This document shows positions 55,078 to 64,000 of a stretch of 64,000 nt of DNA, one piece after another (position 1 is the first letter of the stretch; the number at the start of each line of letters is the position of its first letter). The stretch is taken from the IMG/VR virus record IMGVR_UViG_2537561978_000005; one strand, 5' to 3'. A program made the position numbers and the translations under genes. The notes under the pieces are model-generated. The model ran no database searches. It had not been told where the DNA came from and saw only the letters and a list, made by a program, of their open reading frames with translations. Source of the stretch: a virus. Lineage: Duplodnaviria; Heunggongvirae; Uroviricota; Caudoviricetes.

Positions 55078-55899
55078 TTGAACATTCCAAAATTCCCATT
55101 GCCTTCCCGTCCTGAGACAGAAATTCAGTTCCACGCCCCTACCGTGAAGGATGCGCTGAAATATTCTGACCTGAACCCGGCAGAAGATGAGGCAACTACT
55201 ACAGAGTACCTTAACTCTATGCAGGATGGTGAAATTAACGACAGTGCTTACTGGACAGTCCAGGATCGCAGAACTGCCCTTTGGTGGATATTTGTTAATT
55301 CGCGCCCCGATGCAGTAATGACCTACTCCTATGAGTGCAGTCACTGCGGTAATACGCATCATGCAGATATTAACCTGAGCGACCTGGCCCAAACAGTAGA
55401 AATACTCACTGTACCTCCTTACGTGAAAACCAACGTACCAGTAAATGGAGTACCAACTGACTGGATACTTAAACCATTAACCGGGAAAGGTGCGGAACTC
55501 CTTGAACGAATGCGAGCGTCACTTCCTGATATGAAAAGTCCCGAATACAGTGCTGGCGTAGCACGGATGCGAATTGCTGAACTCGCTTTATGCACGGCGC
55601 TTGAAGACGATCCGGAGGACTTCACGCAGGCCGCTAACCGACGCTTTGACATCATTGAAAGCATGGCGCTTGAAACCGAATTTACTCCGCTTGTGGCTCG
55701 CATACAGCTTATGCAAAAAGACCTACGTCACGGCCTGAAAATGTCTATTGAGAGAGGCTCAAGCCGACTGATCCTGCCTCCGCAACATTGCAAAAACGCT
55801 AAGGAGGGTGCAGATGTGACAACCACACTGTACGTCCCCTTTCTCAATAGAGAGTTTATCCCATCAATTAGATCTGAATGGATGGCTAACCATTATTAA
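55078..55899 (+). CDS. hypothetical protein
   Basis: 273 aa; TTG start with GGAGG 5 nt upstream. Confidence 0.45.
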   Translation: MNIPKFPLPSRPETEIQFHAPTVKDALKYSDLNPAEDEATTTEYLNSMQDGEINDSAYWTVQDRRTALWWIFVNSRPDAVMTYSYECSHCGNTHHADINLSDLAQTVEILTVPPYVKTNVPVNGVPTDWILKPLTGKGAELLERMRASLPDMKSPEYSAGVARMRIAELALCTALEDDPEDFTQAANRRFDIIESMALETEFTPLVARIQLMQKDLRHGLKMSIERGSSRLILPPQHCKNAKEGADVTTTLYVPFLNREFIPSIRSEWMANHY

Positions 55900-55913
55900 C
55901 AACCTGACTCTGT

Positions 55914-56594
55914 ATGGATATCAGCCCATTAGTGACGTTGAACAATTACCGCAATGGCGAGCACTCCATATGTCAAAAGCCCTGGAAGAAAAATACAAAG
56001 CTCAAGCCGGGAAACGTTGATCGCGCTGGTAAAAGAGAGGTTATTTTGAAAGAGAATAAAGACCGTATCGCAATAATTGACGCTATTCAGGAAGCGAGCA
56101 CAAACGAACTTAAAGCTCTTGCTGAGGTAAAAGACGCCATTCTTTCTGGGGCAAGCACCATAACTCAACAGGACGAAAGGCAAGGCAGAGTTAGCAACAG
56201 ACTATCACGCAGGCGTAAAGAGTACGAGCAAAGTACATCTGATAGCGTTAGAGATGTCCAAACTAACCCATATAAAAAACGTCTCCCTGCTAAAAAGGAG
56301 AGGGCACCGATAAACCAAACCGTGGACCGCTCTATCGTTGCAACGAACACACCAGAAAGTGTTCGCTCCGTGCAATCACGTCAGACCATCCGAAAATCGG
56401 ACGGTTTTATACCGGTAGCTGCTAATTCAGCCCCTCTTGAACCACAATCCCCCCAAAGTCTAAAAGGCCCGCTGCGGGATAGTAATGGACGTTTTGTATC
56501 CCAAAAAAGCAATGAGGATGTAGCCAGAAAAAAGAATTGCAGAACGCACGTAAAGCCGACGCAAAATTACAAGCTGGCTTTCTCAGAAAGCTAG
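55914..56594 (+). CDS. hypothetical basic protein upstream of tape measure (tail assembly chaperone-like position)
   Basis: 226 aa; 3' end overlaps tape-measure ORF; contains in-phase A_AAA_AAG heptamer at 56528-56534. Confidence 0.45.
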   Translation: MDISPLVTLNNYRNGEHSICQKPWKKNTKLKPGNVDRAGKREVILKENKDRIAIIDAIQEASTNELKALAEVKDAILSGASTITQQDERQGRVSNRLSRRRKEYEQSTSDSVRDVQTNPYKKRLPAKKERAPINQTVDRSIVATNTPESVRSVQSRQTIRKSDGFIPVAANSAPLEPQSPQSLKGPLRDSNGRFVSQKSNEDVARKKNCRTHVKPTQNYKLAFSES

Positions 56595-59500
56595 GTTCCA
56601 TTATGGGGGTAGATGGCAATCGGTCTTCCAGTGAAGAGTCTTTAACAAATGCAGCTGGTGTCGGTGCTGGTGGGCCGTTCTGGATGGCGGCTCGTGGCAT
56701 GTACGACATAACTAAAGAGATCACAGGTAAAGCAGAATCTCTTAAAGAATGGGTAGAAAAGGGGAAAAAAGAAACATCAACCTCGAAAGCAATATCACCA
56801 GTAATTACTTATCCGGCGGCGGTGAATTCTCAAAAAGCAACATCTGCAAAAGCGTTCAATAACGCTGTTGAGACAAAATCCGCACAAGCAGTAGAAGAGC
56901 AAACCAAAATCCTTCAGACCAATGACAACAAAATAATTGATGGTCTGGAAAATGTTTCTGACGAGATAGTTAAGCTTCGGAAATCAGTGTCTTCTGGAAA
57001 TAAGTTCGGCTTAAGTGATCTCTGGAAAAATCGAGCAAGCAGAAGAAATAAAATCAATATTGGTGATCAGACGGGAAAAAATAAACGGAACAAATCGAAA
57101 AGGAAAGGACGCAATCTTGGGAAAAAAGCACTCTCCGCTGGCGAAAAAGTTGCTGCCGGTAGCGCTGCGGCTGGCACTGGTGTCGGAGCAGCAAAAGTAG
57201 TTAAAAATAAGATCAGCAAACCCAAAGATGTAAGCACTATCAGCGATACATCAAAGGGGATTGCAAAGGAAACAAAAAATACTGCTAAGGCCGTGAAGTC
57301 AGCTGGTGTTGTGGCTGAAGATGCCACCATTAAAACCGGCGAAGCCATTGCAAAGAAAAAAACTGAATCTGTAGCCCTCAAAAGTGCTGCAAAAATAGGT
57401 GTTAAATCAGCAGCATCCACAGCGGCAAGAGCGGTCCCTATCATCGGTTCGCTGGCAATGGCTGGATATGACGCCATAGATGGTTACACAGATACAGAGG
57501 CGCAAAAGGCAGCCTTTGGATTAAGTGACGATAATGCTGTATCCGAACAGCAAAAAACGGCTTACGCAACAGCTAATGTGCTCGATATGGGGGGCTTGGT
57601 GTCGGGCGCAACGAACTTGATAGGGAAAGGAATTTCTGCGCTAGGATTTGAAAGAGCAGGTGAAAAACTTCAGAATTTTGATACCGGAGATATTGCTCGT
57701 GGTGTTAACGGCGCGGTAGATATCACCAAATCTGTTTTTGGTAGCCTTAAGGATACATTTTTATCCACTGATGAAAACACGAAACAAGTAAAAAAAGCTG
57801 TTGAAGACGGCACCAAAAAAACTGTCGATGCGATTCATTCTCTAGGTGAACAATTACAAGGTGGGCGTAATGGCGAGGATGGAGTTGGTGAGCACGGGTA
57901 TACTTCTCCAACTGAATTTAGTGCACCTGCCAACAACACCATTGCAGCGGATCTGAATATTGGCGGCAGCAACGCTAAAAACCGCAATTACCGAAATAAT
58001 AATCTCGGCAATCTTGTTTTTGCCAACCAGGAAGGGGCGACGCTGGAATCGCCAAATGCAAAAGGTGAACAACGTTTTGCGCGATTTAACACACCTGAAG
58101 AAGGGATCAGGGCACTGGCAAACCAGGTTTCCAGCTATTACAACGGCACCAGTGCCGCAGCGGGATATCAGAAGTTACAGACGGTATCCAGCATCATTTC
58201 AAAATGGGCACCGCCAAATGAGAACAATACTAACCAATATATTGATAACGTCAGTAAATATCTTGGTGTATCGCCTAATGAAAAAATAGATGTCAGCAAA
58301 CCAGAGGTTATGACGCAATTAGTTCGTGCAATTGCGACGAAAGAAGGCGGAAATCCGGCAGTTAATAATGAGTTCATTAAGAACGCACTTGGAGCATTTA
58401 ACACAAACACTGGTCGATGGGAGGGACAATTCTCTGACGAAACATTGGCGCGGATTAATAAAATTCAGAAAGAAAATGGTGGTCAGCTAATTGCCCGCGA
58501 TTCGCAATATAGTGTTGGTCGCAAGGTAAAATATGCTAATGGAAAATCTCCAGCTCAACCAGTTTTGAATGCCGTTCCGACAGCAACACAACAGCCAATT
58601 GAGGTTGCACAACATGCCCAGGCAGTCAAAAAGCCACAAAAAACAGGTAACCAACCACAACCGATTAATCCAGAGAACGCTGATGTTAATACCGGCTCTC
58701 CATCGAGTTTGCTTGAGCGGTTAATCACAATAAATGAAAGCGGAATCAGTGGTGCAAGTAATTTATTTGGCGGCGCGGCTACCAGCCTTGCTGGAACAAG
58801 TCTGGACCTGGTAAAGGATTTTGCGTTGGCTACTTCGTTTGGTTCTATATCTTCGCTTTCCGAAAAAGCGAAAGGAATGGATCAGGCTCTTACTGAAAAG
58901 ATATCCGGCTTAACCGGTAAATCTTTTGGATTTAAAATAGCTTCTCAAGTGGCTGATATCGCAACAGCCATACAACAAAAACGCACTGTTAATCACGATA
59001 CAGAAATCATTGATCTACTTCCGGGAGATCAAGTATCCCCTTCTACTCCGAAAACCCCACAGCAGGAGCAGGCTCTAGCAATCAGCCAGGCTATGGAGGG
59101 CTTTTCATCTGCAGCGCCAGCACCGAAAACCCCACAGCAGGAGCAGGCTCTAGCAATCAACCAGGCTATGGCGGGAGCTGCGCCAGTAGTTACCTCTGGA
59201 AAACGAACTATCACGGCACCAAGTGATGTGCAGATTTATGACAACGGCTACAAGGTGGTTACAGGTGAGGATAAGAGCTTCTTTGGTTCGCTATTTGATT
59301 CCACGGTGTCAGGGCTTAAACAGACAGGAACCGCAGTAATTCCTGCCGTTGGCGATAACCTTTCACGACTTGTTGGGGGGATTGATAGTACAGGGATATT
59401 GAACGATCTTGTAATGCAGTCTACTGGGCAGAATAGTGCGATTGCGCGAGCTATTAGCCCATTAACAAGAAATGTTGGAGACTGGCTGAATGGGGGGATT

Positions 59501-59857
59501 CAACAAACCGCTAATAGCATTAGGGGAATAGCAACTGGTGCCAATAACGCCATATTTGGCTCTGCTTCAGCTGTGCAAGAACCTTTTCTTGCTATGCCGC
59601 CACAACTCCCTACTGTAACCGATCTCGCACGAAGCGGAATAAGACAACCATTAACTACTGACACTATAAATAACGATCCTGCTATGTTGAAGGCGCTGGA
59701 TAACATCTGCTCTATCCTGAACGATCTGCTGAATGTGAACAAGAACAATACAAAAGGCGATCCGGATAATGTTGTCAAAACATCGCAGCCGCAGCCGCGA
59801 CCACGTGCGAGCACAACTATTAATGACCAGTCGCTGGATGCTCTGCTTGAGGATTAA
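56537..59857 (+). CDS. tail tape measure-like protein (Sit-like), start uncertain
   Basis: 1106-aa ORF, Ala/Gly/Lys-rich helical N-half, internal tandem repeat; start TTG 56537, ATG 56603, or via frameshift. Confidence 0.6.
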   Translation: MQNARKADAKLQAGFLRKLGSIMGVDGNRSSSEESLTNAAGVGAGGPFWMAARGMYDITKEITGKAESLKEWVEKGKKETSTSKAISPVITYPAAVNSQKATSAKAFNNAVETKSAQAVEEQTKILQTNDNKIIDGLENVSDEIVKLRKSVSSGNKFGLSDLWKNRASRRNKINIGDQTGKNKRNKSKRKGRNLGKKALSAGEKVAAGSAAAGTGVGAAKVVKNKISKPKDVSTISDTSKGIAKETKNTAKAVKSAGVVAEDATIKTGEAIAKKKTESVALKSAAKIGVKSAASTAARAVPIIGSLAMAGYDAIDGYTDTEAQKAAFGLSDDNAVSEQQKTAYATANVLDMGGLVSGATNLIGKGISALGFERAGEKLQNFDTGDIARGVNGAVDITKSVFGSLKDTFLSTDENTKQVKKAVEDGTKKTVDAIHSLGEQLQGGRNGEDGVGEHGYTSPTEFSAPANNTIAADLNIGGSNAKNRNYRNNNLGNLVFANQEGATLESPNAKGEQRFARFNTPEEGIRALANQVSSYYNGTSAAAGYQKLQTVSSIISKWAPPNENNTNQYIDNVSKYLGVSPNEKIDVSKPEVMTQLVRAIATKEGGNPAVNNEFIKNALGAFNTNTGRWEGQFSDETLARINKIQKENGGQLIARDSQYSVGRKVKYANGKSPAQPVLNAVPTATQQPIEVAQHAQAVKKPQKTGNQPQPINPENADVNTGSPSSLLERLITINESGISGASNLFGGAATSLAGTSLDLVKDFALATSFGSISSLSEKAKGMDQALTEKISGLTGKSFGFKIASQVADIATAIQQKRTVNHDTEIIDLLPGDQVSPSTPKTPQQEQALAISQAMEGFSSAAPAPKTPQQEQALAINQAMAGAAPVVTSGKRTITAPSDVQIYDNGYKVVTGEDKSFFGSLFDSTVSGLKQTGTAVIPAVGDNLSRLVGGIDSTGILNDLVMQSTGQNSAIARAISPLTRNVGDWLNGGIQQTANSIRGIATGANNAIFGSASAVQEPFLAMPPQLPTVTDLARSGIRQPLTTDTINNDPAMLKALDNICSILNDLLNVNKNNTKGDPDNVVKTSQPQPRPRASTTINDQSLDALLED
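59048..59197 (+). repeat. two tandem 75-bp repeats inside tape-measure gene (PKTPQQEQALAI[S/N]QAM...)
   Basis: CCGAAAACCCCACAGCAGGAGCAGGCTCTAGCAATCA[G/A]CCAGGCTATGG at 59048 and 59123. Confidence 0.85.
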
Positions 59858-59862
59858 TACTG

Positions 59863-60237
59863 ATGCTTTACGAAATAGACGCAAGACTTCAAACGAATGA
59901 GAGCGGTGTCATTATTGCAGAAGGAAGTACCGCAGCATGGATGGCCCGACTTGACGAGTGGCTACGAACCCCTGAAGGGAGTGTTTATGGTTTACCCTCT
60001 TGGGGGAGTCCAATGGAAGAATTTAAGCATGAACCATTCGGCTCTGAAACTTCGCACATAGTTGAAGTGGCTATTGAAGGGAGAATGATGAAAAAACTAC
60101 GACAAGACTTGCCAGGTTTGGATGTGCAGGGGATTCGTTGCACATCAATTTCTGAAGATTCTTTATTAATTAGTTTTTATGCGAAAGGTGGGAGCATGGA
60201 TATTGTTATGCAGAAATCAAGTGGGGTGGGCGCGTGA
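59863..60237 (+). CDS. baseplate wedge protein (gpW/gp25-like)
   Basis: 124 aa; WLRTPEGSVYGLPSWGSPMEEFKHEPFG resembles gp25-like motif. Confidence 0.5.
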   Translation: MLYEIDARLQTNESGVIIAEGSTAAWMARLDEWLRTPEGSVYGLPSWGSPMEEFKHEPFGSETSHIVEVAIEGRMMKKLRQDLPGLDVQGIRCTSISEDSLLISFYAKGGSMDIVMQKSSGVGA

Positions 60238-61664
60238 CGATTACAGAATTACTGGACAAATTTAACGCCAAGTTAAACGAAAACACATGGTGGTCACGAT
60301 TTGTAAATAGTCAGTTTGTGCAGATGCACGCTATATTCGGAGCGCAGCTTATTTATATTGCCCGTACATTTGCAAGCCGCGGCCTCACTGAGGGACTTAT
60401 TTCAACGGCAACGCGTCGCTCAAGTATTTTAGCGGTTGCTGAAGACCGTAGCTACGTAGGGCGATTTGTTAGTGCTTCATACGGAACAACGTCTATAACC
60501 AATAAAACTGATCGGGATATTACGTTACCAGCCGGGGCTGAATTGCTTGCCAATGACCAAACACCTTTGGCAATTATTAACAGTGTTGTAATTCCTGCTG
60601 GAGGAACTGTTTCTGGCGTAGAAACTAAACAGCATGAAGCTGTTAGCATTACATTTGATATTGAGAAGGAAACTTTATTTCTGACATTGTTGCTTTCCAG
60701 AGAGTTAACAAAAGAAGTCTCTAGCCTGGATGTTTATGTTATTACAGATGGAGTAGAAGAAAAATGGACATATAACCCATTATTTAGAATGTCCAGAGAC
60801 AAGAGTAAGCACTATTCATTGGCATATAAACCTACAGAACAACTTGGAGTCAAGTTTGGTGATGGTTCTATGGGTATGATGCCTCCAGCAGGCTGTCAGG
60901 TTCGAATCGATGTTATGGCTAGCCTTGGCGACTATACTTTGGCTGAAGGACAAAAGTTAGAACCGGCTGGAAATATCGCTCAATATGCGGAGTCACTAGA
61001 GTTTAAAACTGATTCGATCATTACCGGTGGTAGTGGTATGGAAACTACAGAAGAAACTCGAAATCGTGCTCAGTATTATGTTGCATACGATGAACAAGTG
61101 GTATGGGGCGGTGATTATCGCCAATTCATTCAGAATGTTGTTCATGGAACTTCATGGTTGAACGTTTGGGGCGAAGCGTTACAAGAGAAAATAACTGGGT
61201 TTGACGTTCGAAACATCAACAAAATTTTCTTTTGCGGACATAAGCCGGGTGTAAGCCAGGCTCAGCTAAAATCAGAAATACTGAAAGCCCTGGAGAATGT
61301 TCCAAATGAGTTGAACAAGCGGTTCGAGTATGTAGATACAAATGAACAGCCATTTACTATAAAATTTATAGGTATTGCACGTAAAAATGTTCTGATAGAC
61401 GATGCTCAAAATGCTATTAAAGCAGCGTTGGAAGATAATTTTGGCCGTGATTCGTCATCATTCAGTTTATTACTACAGAGTGATGATGATTCCCAGCAAT
61501 GTTATGCACAGGTAAAAGTTAAAGATATTTGGCGAGTAATAGAGTCTCTGGATATGTTTCTGTCTTACGACATAACAATACAAAATATGAAAGATGCTGT
61601 TTACTTTAATGACTTCATTTATCTTAACGTAAAATCTTCAACGTTCAGCATTTCTTACCCGTAA
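60234..61664 (+). CDS. baseplate J-like protein
   Basis: 476 aa; immediately after gpW-like gene with overlapping start. Confidence 0.5.
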   Translation: MTITELLDKFNAKLNENTWWSRFVNSQFVQMHAIFGAQLIYIARTFASRGLTEGLISTATRRSSILAVAEDRSYVGRFVSASYGTTSITNKTDRDITLPAGAELLANDQTPLAIINSVVIPAGGTVSGVETKQHEAVSITFDIEKETLFLTLLLSRELTKEVSSLDVYVITDGVEEKWTYNPLFRMSRDKSKHYSLAYKPTEQLGVKFGDGSMGMMPPAGCQVRIDVMASLGDYTLAEGQKLEPAGNIAQYAESLEFKTDSIITGGSGMETTEETRNRAQYYVAYDEQVVWGGDYRQFIQNVVHGTSWLNVWGEALQEKITGFDVRNINKIFFCGHKPGVSQAQLKSEILKALENVPNELNKRFEYVDTNEQPFTIKFIGIARKNVLIDDAQNAIKAALEDNFGRDSSSFSLLLQSDDDSQQCYAQVKVKDIWRVIESLDMFLSYDITIQNMKDAVYFNDFIYLNVKSSTFSISYP

Positions 61665-61674
61665 TGAGGTTAGC

Positions 61675-62520
61675 ATGAAAGATAATTGGCTTAAGGAACG
61701 ATTAACTAAAGTAAAACAGGATTCACATCTCTGGAGTGCATTTATAGACGCTTTACAGGATGTCTGGAATGAGGCAGTAGAACCAATATTAACAAGAATA
61801 AGTAACAGAAAATCCTTCTTCACTATGGACAGTGAGGATATGGATGCCCGCATTGCTGAATACGGGCGTTTTTTCGTTATCACTGAAAAAGATAATGCCC
61901 GTAGGCCAATGCTTCTGGCGCAGCGTTTAGATGAAGTGCACTTTAAAGGTACTATCTTGCCTATTGAGCAGACATTCTGGCGTGAATTCGGTTGTATTCC
62001 TGTTAGTTGGGAACCGCTGTATGCACCTGTAAATATAGAAAAACACCCCTATGGTTCATATTTTGCGACCGAAATAGAAATACCTACGGCACAGGCTCAA
62101 TTCGGTGAGCTCTTCCTGACATCAAGGGGGCTGGTCGTTGTTGATCAGAACAAGCTATATCGCTCATATGGAGAGCAGGATAAAGAAGCCGCTGTGCAGA
62201 AATTGTTATCTGACTTCGAAACAGTAATAGCCCCTTTGTTGCCATTGCATATTGTTTTTGATGGCGTCTCGTTTCGGCTTAGTGCTGTATTCCCTGAAGT
62301 GGCAGAAATATTAAATTACCTGTCTACGGATGTTTCGGTAATTGAAGGTGTTTATGTTACTGAGAGTATGGCTGATATGCTATCCCGTAGTGATACCTCC
62401 TGCCAGGCAGACAATATTTCTCTTAATGCCATACCGAACCGAACGGCAGAAAAGCAATTACATCTTGATGTAACCCCACTCGATGCGTGGCCTTTGGATT
62501 ACCACCTTCAACCTGTTTAA
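61675..62520 (+). CDS. baseplate/tail protein (gpI-like position), hypothetical
   Basis: 281-aa ORF following J-like gene. Confidence 0.4.
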   Translation: MKDNWLKERLTKVKQDSHLWSAFIDALQDVWNEAVEPILTRISNRKSFFTMDSEDMDARIAEYGRFFVITEKDNARRPMLLAQRLDEVHFKGTILPIEQTFWREFGCIPVSWEPLYAPVNIEKHPYGSYFATEIEIPTAQAQFGELFLTSRGLVVVDQNKLYRSYGEQDKEAAVQKLLSDFETVIAPLLPLHIVFDGVSFRLSAVFPEVAEILNYLSTDVSVIEGVYVTESMADMLSRSDTSCQADNISLNAIPNRTAEKQLHLDVTPLDAWPLDYHLQPV

Positions 62521-62614
62521 TAATTCTTCCCCCGCATTTGGGGGAAGAACAACGGAAATCACAAACTGAGCATACTCTCCTTTGGTTCATTGCTTATGAA
62601 GGGGCTATGTTCGT

Positions 62615-63061
62615 ATGGCTGAAAATTTAAAGGTAAGAGATGGTAACCGCCTGTATAAGGCGCAATTACTTTCCTACTATTATTCACGCCGCGCAGAGTC
62701 GGCGATCGGCAAAGGTGCGCGTTTTGTTATCTCTAAGGCGTATTGGTGCAAATCTAGTCTGGTAACTGCTAATGGTGCAGGAGGCTGGAATATAGCGGAC
62801 ATTCCGCTCGATTTTAAATTGAGTGGCGCTCAACAGTTTGCTGTGTCCGATCTGATATTGTCCAGCGTGGATGGGATTATCACGATCAATGCAGCCTTCC
62901 CTCAAGAAAGAATGCCGGATAACACGCCTTACGACTTTAACACGCTTGTGCTTGTTGATGCTGAGGAACAGGCTTTTGGTGTGCTTTGCACCCAGCAAGA
63001 TACCCTCTATAAAGGTAAACGTTACAGTATTCTCATGACAATCGAGCAAGTTGAGGGTTGA
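62615..63061 (+). CDS. hypothetical tail protein
   Basis: 148-aa ORF immediately upstream of tail-fibre gene. Confidence 0.4.
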   Translation: MAENLKVRDGNRLYKAQLLSYYYSRRAESAIGKGARFVISKAYWCKSSLVTANGAGGWNIADIPLDFKLSGAQQFAVSDLILSSVDGIITINAAFPQERMPDNTPYDFNTLVLVDAEEQAFGVLCTQQDTLYKGKRYSILMTIEQVEG

Positions 63062-63063
63062 TT

Positions 63064-64000
63064 ATGGGGGCTGATAAAACGAACAACATAATGACACTAT
63101 CCTCTGGTGTCTCACAGTCGTTGCTTGCTGATGTTCAATATTTCGAACTCTATAGTAGTCTGGCTCTTAACAGAAAACTAAAAAATATTGTTTTGCCTGG
63201 CTTTTACTGTGGATTTGAACCGGTTCCCGGCACAGGGTTGAGTGTCCGCATAACTTCTGAAAACTCCGAAGGTAAAGGGGCTGCTTCAGTAGATGTAAAT
63301 AATGTTCAGATATCCGTTCAGCAAATAGAAGATGTGACTGTCTCGGTAAAGGCAGGGGCTACCAACATTATTGTGCTGGAAGCCAATTTTGAACATGGTG
63401 TAAAAACGACACAGGTAGATAGCGCATCTTCTGTCAGTGCTGCAAGAATTTACGCGCGTACGGACAATACTATTGGGCAGAATCAAATTGAATTATGTCG
63501 AGTTATCGTGCCTAGCGGCGCAACGGCTGTGACTAAAGAAATGATTGTGCTTAAATACCGGGTTAACCGTGCTGTTGGTGTCGAATTCTCTAATGAAATA
63601 AGCAGTACAGAAGAAAGAAAAGCGGCTACACCGAAAGCTGTCAAGGCTGCATATGACCTGGCTAACGGGAAGTATACAGCCCAGGATGCAACCACGACAC
63701 AAAAAGGGATAGTTCAGCTCAGTAGCGACACCAACAGCACTTCTGAAACATTAGCTGCAACTCCAAAAGCGGTTAAAGCTGCATACGATCTAGCAGCCGG
63801 AAAGGCACCATCCAGTCATACACATCCCTGGAATCAGATCACTGGTGTGCCAACAGCTTCATTGACAGCGAAAGGCATCACTCAGCTCAGTAGTGCCACT
63901 AACAGCACGTCTGAAGTGCTGGCCGCTACACCGAAAGCTGTCAAGGCTGCATATGACCTGGCTAACGGGAAGTACACAGCCCAGGATGCAACCACGACAC
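63064..64000 (+). CDS. tail fibre protein, 5' partial (runs off window end)
   Basis: no stop before window end; repeated T..K.GIVQLSS.TNSTSE.LAATPKAVKAAYDLA tail-fibre repeat motif. Confidence 0.7.
   Translation, partial: MGADKTNNIMTLSSGVSQSLLADVQYFELYSSLALNRKLKNIVLPGFYCGFEPVPGTGLSVRITSENSEGKGAASVDVNNVQISVQQIEDVTVSVKAGATNIIVLEANFEHGVKTTQVDSASSVSAARIYARTDNTIGQNQIELCRVIVPSGATAVTKEMIVLKYRVNRAVGVEFSNEISSTEERKAATPKAVKAAYDLANGKYTAQDATTTQKGIVQLSSDTNSTSETLAATPKAVKAAYDLAAGKAPSSHTHPWNQITGVPTASLTAKGITQLSSATNSTSEVLAATPKAVKAAYDLANGKYTAQDATTT
63625..64000 (+). repeat. 76-bp direct repeats 300 bp apart inside tail-fibre gene (63625-63700 and 63925-64000)
   Basis: identical except one T/C difference; second copy truncated by window end. 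Confidence 0.85.

Larger units (their letters stand above)
1..64000. mobile_element. P1-like phage-plasmid segment (mosaic; continues beyond both window ends)
   Basis: Cre-like recombinase with lox-like site, pacA/pacB-like packaging genes, humD-phd-doc, hrdC-dmt, P1-type RepA with 19-bp iterons, contractile-tail genes, plasmid partition systems. Confidence 0.75.

Noticed and set aside
56537-59884. Multiple minus-strand ORFs within the tape-measure gene (e.g. 57067..57477, 59500..59814)
   Set aside because: Antisense artefacts of a long Ala/Gly-rich coding region.
1-64000. Transposase or insertion-sequence genes
   Set aside because: No DDE-transposase-like ORF or terminal inverted repeats recognised; the AT-rich insertions appear to be simple cargo without a visible mobilising enzyme in this window.

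Overview
This 64-kb window reads as a segment of a divergent, mosaic P1-like phage-plasmid (a temperate myovirus kept as a low-copy plasmid) from an enterobacterial host. No searches were run; every call rests on motifs read by eye and recalled family knowledge. P1 hallmarks present: an lpa-position ORF followed by pacA/pacB-like packaging genes with a GATC-rich pac-like cluster; a Cre-like tyrosine recombinase preceded by a 34-bp lox-like site (ATAACTTTAAATA-ATTGGCAT-TATTTAAAGTTAG); humD-phd-doc; a Ref-like HNH protein; an immI-like region (structured small-RNA locus, icd-position ORF, Rha/Ant antirepressor); hrdC (RdgC homologue) and dmt (fused C5/N6 DNA methyltransferase); a P1-type RepA replicon with 19-bp iterons, GATC cluster and DnaA box; and contractile-tail late genes (PAAR, sheath, tube, tape measure, baseplate, partial tail fibre). 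Departures from P1: parAB is absent, and instead a maintenance island carries an intact glutaminyl-tRNA synthetase gene (glnS), a ParA/RHH type Ib partition pair and a ParM/ParR partition pair; there is also a higBA pair, a ~10-kb leftward operon of overlapping small genes with ead/Ea22-like modular paralogues, a degenerate terminase-large-subunit paralogue, and several AT-rich cargo insertions. The best candidate for an undescribed system is an AT-rich, translationally coupled three-gene cassette (24851-26843) encoding a small helical protein, an ImmA/IrrE-type HExxH metallopeptidase-like protein and a dCTP-deaminase-fold protein. A recurrent TTTCTAACA-core motif in intergenic regions looks like the operator set of a C1-type repressor.
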